From NCBI GenBank assembly GCA_045535375.1, contig JAZSLM010000039.1, positions 9,701 through 73,700 on the forward strand: a stretch of 64,000 nucleotides of DNA, given 5' to 3'. Positions within the stretch are counted from its first letter, which is position 1. Every line of letters starts with the position of its first letter. The stretch comes from Eubacteriales bacterium. GTDB lineage: Bacteria > Bacillota > Clostridia > Oscillospirales > CAG-272. Below the pieces are notes generated by a model that searched no databases, was not told the DNA's origin, and saw nothing but the letters and a program-made list of their open reading frames with translations. The translations under genes and the position numbers were made by a program. Of the stretch, positions 1 through 7,667 are shown piece by piece.

Positions 1-1387
1 AAAGCGACATATAGGAATCGCGCTTCATCTGTGGGCGGGGGTATTCGGTCCAGTCGCTTGAGGTATCGTTCTCAAAGGGAGTTTTCAGATCTTTGCAGAG
101 CCTCGGCTTATTGAAGAATTTTGATGCGACGAGGAGAAGAATTGCGAGAACTGCTATCGGCACGAGCGCGGCGAGGAAGATGTTTTCGTTCGGAACGAAG
201 GATTCGGTACCGTCGTTGTTGACGATCTTTTCTGCATTTGCAAGGACTGTTTTTCCGATAAAGGGACCGATTATTCCGGGCAGGAGCACCTGCGAGAAGA
301 TGCGTATTCCCTGGAGTCTGCCCGCCTTATCCTCGGGGGTGAGGTCACGGATCTTTGCGCCGAAGACAGCCATTCCCGAAAGATAACCGCACATCATCAA
401 GAGCGAGCCGATGAAGACGGGGAGTTTGGGCTTGAAGATGAAAAGGATGATGTATCCGACCGCGAGCCATACAAGAGAGAAGGAGGATGAGAATCCAAAT
501 CCTTTTTTGTCGTAGACCTTGCCCCAGAAAGCGGTTGTGACAGACGCGAGGATAATCGCGGGTGCCATTACGAGGACGTAATCCGCCATTCCGAGCGAGA
601 CCTCATAATAGATTATGAGGTAGGGCATAAAGATCTGGATCGAGATATTGAAGATCACGAACGCCGCAAGATAGAAGTAAAACGCGGGATTTGATTTAAC
701 CGTCGAGGGCATAAATCCATAAAAGACGTTCTTTATGTATCCCGTTTCCGAGGGTGCGGGGCATTTGTCTTCAATAATGAATATGCCAAGAATACCGATT
801 GCAAGAACCGCGATGCCGATGATGGCAAAGATCATCACCCAGCTTTCGGCAAGGTTGAGGTCGAATGCCATAAATCCGCCGAAAACGGCAAGGATGGCAA
901 CGAGGGGCATCATTGAGTTGATACCCTCCGCGGAGCCGCGGTTGGTCGAGTCGGTCGAATCGGTCAGCCACGCGTTATATGCCGCGTCGTTGGCAGATGA
1001 GCCAAAGAAGGTCATCAGGCAGTCGAGCGTGATCGTGAGCGTGATGCAAAGCGCTGCCGCAGAGGAAACCGCAGGGAAGAGAGCTTCGATCAGATCGATC
1101 TTCAGAAGAGCAAAAGCGAAGATCGAGATTCCCCAAAGAATGTAGCCTCCGCAGATGAAGACCTTGCGCTTGCCTATCCTGTCGGAAAGCGCACCGATAA
1201 AGACGGTGGTCAGAGTTGCCGCAACCGCGCTTGCCGCAACCATCAGCGAGATATCCTCGGCGGATGCGTTGAACATTTTGTAGATAAAGACGTTGAGATA
1301 CATATTCTCAACGACCCACGCGATCTGTCCCATAAGCCCGAAAAGAACGAGCGCGAGCCAGAAGCGTCCCGAAAGTTTGGTTTTCAT
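1..1387 (-). CDS. MFS-type sugar permease domain; gene runs off the left edge and continues in frame into a GH2-like N-terminus (partial CDS)
   Basis: Hand translation from ATG at 1387-1385 gives MKTKLSGRFWLALVLFGLMGQIAWVVENMYLNVF... with multiple hydrophobic helices and an LSDRIGKRK loop typical of MFS/GPH permeases. I saw no stop through position 1. The last codons read ...DWTEYPRPQMKRDSYMSL. The ORF is absent from the track because it is open-ended. Confidence 0.7.
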   Translation of the reverse strand, partial: MKTKLSGRFWLALVLFGLMGQIAWVVENMYLNVFIYKMFNASAEDISLMVAASAVAATLTTVFIGALSDRIGKRKVFICGGYILWGISIFAFALLKIDLIEALFPAVSSAAALCITLTITLDCLMTFFGSSANDAAYNAWLTDSTDSTNRGSAEGINSMMPLVAILAVFGGFMAFDLNLAESWVMIFAIIGIAVLAIGILGIFIIEDKCPAPSETGYIKNVFYGFMPSTVKSNPAFYFYLAAFVIFNISIQIFMPYLIIYYEVSLGMADYVLVMAPAIILASVTTAFWGKVYDKKGFGFSSSFSLVWLAVGYIILFIFKPKLPVFIGSLLMMCGYLSGMAVFGAKIRDLTPEDKAGRLQGIRIFSQVLLPGIIGPFIGKTVLANAEKIVNNDGTESFVPNENIFLAALVPIAVLAILLLVASKFFNKPRLCKDLKTPFENDTSSDWTEYPRPQMKRDSYMSL

Positions 1388-1463
1388 TTGAAAAACTCCT
1401 TACTTTTATTGAATTAATTTTATCACAAAGCACGGCTTTTGTCAATGATGATGCCGAAAAACA

Positions 1464-1492
1464 TTGACTTTTGATTATATTAGTGCTATAAT
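1464..1492 (+). promoter_or_regulatory. sigma-A type promoter
   Basis: TTGACT (1464-1469), 17-nt spacer, TATAAT (1487-1492), upstream of the CDS at 1524. Confidence 0.6.
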
Positions 1493-1523
1493 TAAAATAA
1501 TAACTCTATTTGGAGGAAAAATA

Positions 1524-2243
1524 ATGGATTACGGTATTCAGCTTTACAGTATACGCGACCTTGCAAAGGAAAATTTTGAGGAGGCTGTTGCGGCGGCAGC
1601 TCGCATCGGTTATTCATCGATAGAATTTGCGGGATTCTTCGGCAGAAGTGCAGAAGAAGTCAACCGCGCGATGGACGCGGCAGGCATCCGCATTTGCGGT
1701 ACCCACAGCGGTTGGGGTGAGCTTGCGAACGATTACGAAAACACCCTTCGTTTCCACAAGGAGATCGGCAATAAGAGATACACCATCCCCGGAGCGGATC
1801 TTTCGACTCCCGAGAAGCTTAAGGATTTCGTTGAGTTCCTCAATTACATGACTCCCAAGCTTGCGGCGGAGGGCATCGAGCTTGCTTATCACAACCACTC
1901 GCGCGAGTTTATCGTAAACGATTTCGGTGTCAGAACTCACGACGTTCTTGCCTCCGAAACAAACGTCAATTTCGAGATCGACACATATTGGGCATTCGTT
2001 GCGGGCGAAGACCCCGTGGCGGTCCTTGAAAAATACGCGCACAGAATGGCGCTGATCCATCTTAAGGACGGCACCCCCGAGGGCAAGGGCAAGTCGCTCG
2101 GTCTCGGTTCCGCACCTCTTGCGGACGTCGTTGCAACCGCAAAGAAGCTCGGACTTTACATGATCGTTGAAAGCGAAGGACAGGAACCCGACGGACCTGC
2201 CGAGATCACCCGCTGTATCGATTGGCTCAAGATCAACGGATAA
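1524..2243 (+). CDS. sugar phosphate isomerase/epimerase (xylose isomerase-like TIM barrel)
   Basis: GGAGG SD precedes ATG 1524. MDYGIQLYSIRD start, HNH.EF and IHLKD-type motifs are typical of the AP endonuclease 2 / xylose isomerase-like fold. Confidence 0.75.
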   Translation: MDYGIQLYSIRDLAKENFEEAVAAAARIGYSSIEFAGFFGRSAEEVNRAMDAAGIRICGTHSGWGELANDYENTLRFHKEIGNKRYTIPGADLSTPEKLKDFVEFLNYMTPKLAAEGIELAYHNHSREFIVNDFGVRTHDVLASETNVNFEIDTYWAFVAGEDPVAVLEKYAHRMALIHLKDGTPEGKGKSLGLGSAPLADVVATAKKLGLYMIVESEGQEPDGPAEITRCIDWLKING

Positions 2244-3613
2244 TGGAAACGGCATTACGGAAAAACAAAAAAAGCCGCAAGCCACTCGGCACCGCGACGG
2301 TTATGGCGCTCGGTTTCCTTGCTATAATTACGATCGGAACCATACTTCTGATGCTTCCGATATCAAGTGCCGCGGGCGAGTTCACCTCTCCGCTGACAGC
2401 TCTTTTCACTGCCGTCAGCGCAACCTGCGTAACGGGGCTTGTCGTTGTCGAAACAGGACTCTATTGGAGCCTTTTCGGTAAGATCGTTATAATCATTCTC
2501 ATACAGATCGGCGGTCTTGGATTTATGACGATGGCGGTATTGCTTTCGATCATTGTCCGCCGCAGTCTTTCTCCGCGCGATCGAGTGCTTGTTGCGGCTT
2601 CTTACGGAATCACCGATTTTGGCGGAATAAACGTTCTGGTCAAGAGAATTCTTCTAGGCACTTTGTGTATCGAAGGCGTGGGTGCTGTGTTGCTCTCTCT
2701 CCGCTTTATTCCCGAATTCGGTCTTGTCAAGGGACTAGGATACGGTGTATTCCATTCGATCTCAGCTTTTTGCAACGCTGGGTTTGATATTCTCGGAAAC
2801 GGGGATTCTATTGGCGCGTATGCGAAAGATCCGCTTGTGAGCATTACTTTGATGTTTCTGATCCTTCTCGGAGGTATCGGTTTCCCCGTGTGGAACGAAT
2901 TTATCGGACACAAGAGGCGCCAGAAGTTCAGTGCATATACGAAATTCGTGCTCATACTCAGCGCGATATACGTTGTCGGCGGCGCGATCGTCGTTGCCTT
3001 GCTTGAATGGAACAACCCCGAAACGATCGGAGAGATGGGATTCGGGGCGAAAATACTCAACTCCTTTTTCCAGTCGGTTACATGGCGTACCGCGGGATTT
3101 GCCGCAGTGGATAATGCCGCGCTGAATGAAGGAACGAAGCTTTTCGGACTCTTCTGGATGTTCTCGGGCGGAGCCTCGGCATCGACCGCGGGCGGTGTAA
3201 AGATCGCCACGATCGGCGTTATTATGCTTGCAGCGTATTCGGTTGCCATCGGCAGAAACGAGATCAATTTTATGCGACGCCGCATACCGCTTGAGGCTAT
3301 GATGCGTGCGTTGGCTCTCGTGGTGGTTCAGCTGATCCTCACCGTCGTGTCTGCTTTGATATGCACGGTAGCTTGCGGCAATATGGATATTGAAGGTATC
3401 GACATTCTTTACGAAGTTGTTTCCGCCGGCGCGACCGTAGGGCTTTCTGCGGGTCTGACACCGATACTTCCCACGGCGGCACTTGTGGTTATAATATTTA
3501 TGATGTATTTCGGACGTGTCGGAATTCTGACCGTAACCTTCTCGCTTCTCGGCAAAGCGGGAGGAAGCAGATCGTCGATCAGTTACCCCGATGCCAATAT
3601 TTTGATAGGATAG
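2243..3613 (+). CDS. ktrB: TrkH/KtrB-family potassium uptake membrane subunit
   Basis: Polytopic protein with repeated selectivity-filter-like segments (ATCVTGL, AFCNAGF, RTAGF, ATVGLS). ATG 2243 overlaps the stop of the upstream gene (TAATG). Confidence 0.85.
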   Translation: METALRKNKKSRKPLGTATVMALGFLAIITIGTILLMLPISSAAGEFTSPLTALFTAVSATCVTGLVVVETGLYWSLFGKIVIIILIQIGGLGFMTMAVLLSIIVRRSLSPRDRVLVAASYGITDFGGINVLVKRILLGTLCIEGVGAVLLSLRFIPEFGLVKGLGYGVFHSISAFCNAGFDILGNGDSIGAYAKDPLVSITLMFLILLGGIGFPVWNEFIGHKRRQKFSAYTKFVLILSAIYVVGGAIVVALLEWNNPETIGEMGFGAKILNSFFQSVTWRTAGFAAVDNAALNEGTKLFGLFWMFSGGASASTAGGVKIATIGVIMLAAYSVAIGRNEINFMRRRIPLEAMMRALALVVVQLILTVVSALICTVACGNMDIEGIDILYEVVSAGATVGLSAGLTPILPTAALVVIIFMMYFGRVGILTVTFSLLGKAGGSRSSISYPDANILIG

Positions 3614-3623
3614 GATAATAAAA

Positions 3624-4277
3624 ATGAATAGCTTTTGTATAATAGGACTCGGAAAGTTCGGTACCTCACTTGCAAACGCGCTTGTTGCAAAAGGCAAGCA
3701 GGTTATGGTTATTGATACCGATTCCGAAAAGGTCACGCTTATGGCGGACAACGTAACCAATGCCGTTATCGGTGACGCGACTAACATAAATCTTCTTAAG
3801 GCATCGGGTGTTGCGGATTACGATTGCGTCGTTGTTTGTATGACCGAAAATATCAGCGATATCATTCTCGTGACGATCCAGCTCAAAGAGCTTGGCGTGA
3901 AGCACGTCATTTCCCGCGCAGTCAGCGACGGACATAAAAAGGTCCTCGGACACGTGGGAGCCGACGAGATCGTTTACCCCGAACACGATATGGGAGAGCG
4001 GCTTGCTTTCAGACTTTCGCATTCCTCCATCACCGATTTCGTGCAGTTCAAGGGATACAAGGTCATCGAAATGGCAGTTCCCGAATCATGGGTAGGCAAA
4101 GACCTCATTACTCTTAATCTGCGTAAAGCTTTCGGTGTAAACATCATTGCTGTCAGATACTGTGACGGCAGACTCGATGTTTCCCCCTCCCCGACCCGTG
4201 AGTTCAACGCGGGCGAGATCGTTTCTGTTGTCGGCGACGACCACGATATCGAAAGAATGACCGAAAAGATCAGGTAA
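3624..4277 (+). CDS. ktrA: TrkA/KtrA-family potassium uptake NAD-binding (RCK) subunit
   Basis: N-terminal Rossmann motif IIGLGKFG, about 217 aa with a C-terminal RCK_C-like part, immediately downstream of ktrB. Confidence 0.85.
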   Translation: MNSFCIIGLGKFGTSLANALVAKGKQVMVIDTDSEKVTLMADNVTNAVIGDATNINLLKASGVADYDCVVVCMTENISDIILVTIQLKELGVKHVISRAVSDGHKKVLGHVGADEIVYPEHDMGERLAFRLSHSSITDFVQFKGYKVIEMAVPESWVGKDLITLNLRKAFGVNIIAVRYCDGRLDVSPSPTREFNAGEIVSVVGDDHDIERMTEKIR

Positions 4278-4686
4278 TAAGTTCCCGAAGCAGACTGCGT
4301 TTCCCCGCGGTCTGCTTTTTTTCGCGTGCGCGAATAAAGCTCCATAAGTCGCGTGCTTTTTTAAGCCTCCGGTAGACGGTTCTGTCGTCGCAGTTCATTT
4401 CATCCGCAAGCCGCCTGATGCGTAACGTTATTTCATTCGAGCGGATCTTTTTGTTTGCGGTAGCAAAATACACGTCGTTTATGGCGCGAATGGCGAGCCT
4501 GTCGCCGAGAAATCCGAGCAAGCGCAGAGTATCAAAAACGGCAAGCATATCGAGCGCACATGAGTCGGTGCACATACCTCGTATTTTGCAGACGGTTTCG
4601 AGTGCCGATTCCCCACGGGTGAGCCCAAACCGCGCATAATTCCGGAATGCCCGCGCCGCCCGTTCTGTCATAATATCCTTTTTCAT
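4270..4686 (-). CDS. small sigma-70 region-4-like HTH protein (function unknown)
   Basis: C-terminal segment DEMNCDDRTVYRRLKKARDLW looks like a region-4/LuxR-type HTH. The start is ambiguous: ATG 4686 after GGAGGG, or ATG 4704 almost at the predicted TSS. The last ~17 codons are read through the ktrA terminator. Confidence 0.5.
   Translation of the reverse strand: MKKDIMTERAARAFRNYARFGLTRGESALETVCKIRGMCTDSCALDMLAVFDTLRLLGFLGDRLAIRAINDVYFATANKKIRSNEITLRIRRLADEMNCDDRTVYRRLKKARDLWSFIRAREKKQTAGKRSLLRELIT
4289..4322 (+). terminator. intrinsic terminator after ktrA
   Basis: Stem agcagac (4289-4295) / gtctgct (4310-4316) followed by a T-run. Confidence 0.7.
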
Positions 4687-4713
4687 TATCCCTCCAAGGA
4701 ACATTTGTTCTAT

Positions 4714-4742
4714 ATTATACCATGTGAAAACAAATTTGTCAA
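4714..4742 (-). promoter_or_regulatory. sigma-A type promoter (minus strand)
   Basis: The reverse complement reads TTGACA (4742-4737), 17 nt, TATAAT (4719-4714). Confidence 0.6.
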
Positions 4743-4745
4743 GAG

Positions 4746-4774
4746 AAAACGCACGGAATTTTTCCGTGCGTTTT
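4746..4774. terminator. bidirectional hairpin terminator
   Basis: aaaacgcacgga / tccgtgcgtttt perfect stem with A- and T-tracts. It overlaps the stop codon of the 4773-5984 gene. Confidence 0.7.
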
Positions 4775-5984
4775 ATTTATTAGGAAGCAAGCTTCCGTCT
4801 GCAAGTCTGTAGATGTTTCTTTCGTTGAGGAATATGACGTGTATCGACGGATACGCTTTTTTGATCACGCTTTCATCGAAGTCGAGCGAGGTGCGGTAGA
4901 TAGTTGTTCCGAAAGTGTTGGAGAAATAATCGATCATAATAATTCTGTCCCAATCGCTTGAGAAGGAAAATTCGATCCTGGGGAGAGAGGGAAGCTCGTC
5001 GCGGTATTGCAGTTTGGTGAAAGTCATGTCATAGTTCTCAAAGCTGAGAAGAGTCTGGTATTTTTGAACGAAGTCGGTTGAAAGCGATACGTTTTTATTT
5101 TTGATGACGTTTTCAAGCGATGCAGCGCGGGCGAGGATCTTTCCACCCGTTGAGTGCTGAATAAGGTCCCGGTCGCTCAGATCAACGGGAGTGATGACCC
5201 CTTTAACGTCTGCGGGAAGTGCTTCGATGACTGCGCGGTAAGCGTAATAGGCGCCGCGGCTGTTAAGAGAATCCTCTGTGTTGTTATAAAGCTCGCCGTA
5301 TTTTTTCGAGCTTATAAGATCATCCGAAAGATCGAGAAAATTGCTCGCGCCTCGTTTTGCAAAATAATCGTTTACGGTCTTCAACCTTGTGTCATCGCTC
5401 TGTTCGCCCATGAACTCGGGCATTCTCTCCGAATAAACGGTTTGCGCATTGGGGATGACGGCAATGTAGCAATCGACTCCAAGCTCGTCGTATGCGTCGA
5501 TAATATCGAGAAATCCCTTATAATAAAGTACCAGTTTTGCTTCCTCGGGTTTTATTTCGCCGTAATAATCGGCAACGTAATTGTAACCGTTTACCTGGTC
5601 GTAAGTCGGGAACAAAAATTCATCGTCGCCAAGAATGACTTCGTTTGTATGGATCCTTCCGAAAAGATAATAATCGACGTAGACGATGTTTTTTCGGATA
5701 GATTCGGAAAGATAAAACGTGTCGGCGAATTTCGATAGAACAATGTTATCGTGTTCTTCACCGTCAAAGTAACTGTCGGTGAGCTCCTCGGTTCCGAGAA
5801 AAGCCGAAATTCCGAAATTCAGCAGAAACGAGAGAAGTATCCCGACGAACAGCACTATAATAATTACGCCGAGCGCTCTTGACTGTCTGCTTGCGAGAAG
5901 AACGGCTTCAATATGACAATCCGCGCCTGTGTTCAGCTCCGGGCGGTTTGAGTTTTCGGATGGATCGAAGTTCTGAATGTTCAT
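4773..5984 (-). CDS. AlgJ/AlgX-like 'DHHW family' partner of the MBOAT acyltransferase, with N-terminal membrane anchor
   Basis: 403 aa with one N-terminal TM helix, directly downstream of an MBOAT gene. The segment NTEDSLNSRGAYYAY aligns by eye to the family motif TDHHWT..GAYYAY. Confidence 0.6.
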   Translation of the reverse strand: MNIQNFDPSENSNRPELNTGADCHIEAVLLASRQSRALGVIIIVLFVGILLSFLLNFGISAFLGTEELTDSYFDGEEHDNIVLSKFADTFYLSESIRKNIVYVDYYLFGRIHTNEVILGDDEFLFPTYDQVNGYNYVADYYGEIKPEEAKLVLYYKGFLDIIDAYDELGVDCYIAVIPNAQTVYSERMPEFMGEQSDDTRLKTVNDYFAKRGASNFLDLSDDLISSKKYGELYNNTEDSLNSRGAYYAYRAVIEALPADVKGVITPVDLSDRDLIQHSTGGKILARAASLENVIKNKNVSLSTDFVQKYQTLLSFENYDMTFTKLQYRDELPSLPRIEFSFSSDWDRIIMIDYFSNTFGTTIYRTSLDFDESVIKKAYPSIHVIFLNERNIYRLADGSLLPNK

Positions 5985-6005
5985 AGGGACCTCCTTTCGG
6001 TTGTT

Positions 6006-7451
6006 TTAGAAGATTATATCTCTGAACGGCATTGTGGAGAGTGCGGGATATTGCGGGAGATAGTAGTAAATGCACAAAATGAAGATCACGAGGATCAACA
6101 GTGACCACGCCCAGATGAAAGCGCTGTTCCGGACGAACGGCGATGCGTGGCGACGTGAAATGATTCCGCATATAACGGGAAGCTGGACGATCACCAGGAT
6201 CGCAAGAGCGAGCAGTATCTCAAAGTTGAGAAGCGTGCTGCTCAAAAGGTATGATTGAAGCGGCTTGAACAGGGTTATATTGCCGAATATGATCTCAAGG
6301 CTCGAAAGGTCACGCGTTTTGATCAGCATCCAGAATAACGTTACAAATGAGTACGTGTAGATCCATGCAAGCGGACGGAGTATTTTTTTCTCGCGAAGAT
6401 GGGAGTTGACTCCGAAGAGTCCGTCAAGAAGCGTGGGGACAAGAAGAAGTGCGATCGCGGGGAGAACGCTTATTCCTATCTTGAACCATAAAAGCATTAC
6501 GAGCGAGCAGAAAAGCGATATCGCGGTGCTCCATATCCGATGTGACTTCCCGATTTTGTTTTCAAGAGTGCAGAGCTCGGAAAGAGGACGGCGGATATAA
6601 TCGTCTATCCATAAGGTAAGGCTCGAAAGGAAGTTGTGTGCATAGTCTGCCGGGGTGAAGGTGAGAATGCAGGCACCGAAATCGGGTGCGAGCGGGATAC
6701 CGAGCATTGCGGAAATTCCGCGGCCCATATCCGAATATCCGGAAAATGCGTAATAAACGGATACGAGCAGGATCGTGGCAAGGATCAGCGCAACTCCGAT
6801 ACTGATCGGTTCCTCGGTATAATGAAGAAGTCTTTCGACGATCGAATCGTACGATTCCTCAAGAAGCGCGGCAATTGCTATTCTTTTAATAAAACCCCGT
6901 GCAAAGAGTATGATTCCCGATGCGACTCCGGCTGCTGAAAAACGAATATTTTCCGGCTTGATGAGGTTTTCGAAATTTTTGTATTTTATAACCGGTCCGG
7001 CGATCATTACGGGGAAGTAGGTGACGTATATGAGAACATCGGCAAAATTACGAGGCATGGGGGCGTCGCCGCGACGGACATCCATAATGCAGGAAAAGCA
7101 TGCAAGCAGATAGAAGGAGGCTCCGAGAGGGATATATCTTGCGGCGGCGGAAACGTCTGCCCAGACTCCGAGGTATCGCAGTACCGCAAGCACTCCGACG
7201 AGTACGCATACGACGAAGACCATAACGTATTTCTTACGCACGCTGAAGACCGCAAACGTCGCGCAATAGGTGAATATCGCGCAGAGCAGTAAAAACAGAA
7301 GCGATGCGGGATTGCCGAAGTTGGCGATAGCGTAAAAGACAAGGCTGAAAATACAGATAGTGCTCGGCTTAAGATGCGTCGGGATCAGGGTGTATATGCC
7401 AAGCATTACGGGCAAAAAAAGAAGCAGAAAAACGGGGGAAGTAAACAGCAT
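6006..7451 (-). CDS. MBOAT-family membrane O-acyltransferase (AlgI/DltB-like)
   Basis: Polytopic protein starting MLFTSPVFLLLFLP after AAGGAGGA. It contains a DYAHNFLSSLTLWIDDYIRRPL segment resembling the conserved-His region of AlgI/DltB. Confidence 0.8.
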   Translation of the reverse strand: MLFTSPVFLLLFLPVMLGIYTLIPTHLKPSTICIFSLVFYAIANFGNPASLLFLLLCAIFTYCATFAVFSVRKKYVMVFVVCVLVGVLAVLRYLGVWADVSAAARYIPLGASFYLLACFSCIMDVRRGDAPMPRNFADVLIYVTYFPVMIAGPVIKYKNFENLIKPENIRFSAAGVASGIILFARGFIKRIAIAALLEESYDSIVERLLHYTEEPISIGVALILATILLVSVYYAFSGYSDMGRGISAMLGIPLAPDFGACILTFTPADYAHNFLSSLTLWIDDYIRRPLSELCTLENKIGKSHRIWSTAISLFCSLVMLLWFKIGISVLPAIALLLVPTLLDGLFGVNSHLREKKILRPLAWIYTYSFVTLFWMLIKTRDLSSLEIIFGNITLFKPLQSYLLSSTLLNFEILLALAILVIVQLPVICGIISRRHASPFVRNSAFIWAWSLLILVIFILCIYYYLPQYPALSTMPFRDIIF

Positions 7452-7591
7452 TATTCTATCCTCCTTTTTCTGCATTAATATATTATCACAATATTTAATA
7501 ATATAATATCATATTCCGAAAGATAATTCAAGGGGCATGATTATTTTGTCGGAAAATGTTAAAAAAATATATTATATTTATCAAAAAAACA

Positions 7592-7620
7592 TTGACAAAA
7601 GTAGAAAAATATAGTACAAT
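7592..7620 (+). promoter_or_regulatory. sigma-A type promoter
   Basis: TTGACA (7592-7597), 17 nt, TACAAT (7615-7620). Confidence 0.6.
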
Positions 7621-7667
7621 TATGATAACGGCATTTGCTGATTATTTTTACGAAAGGAAAAATATCA

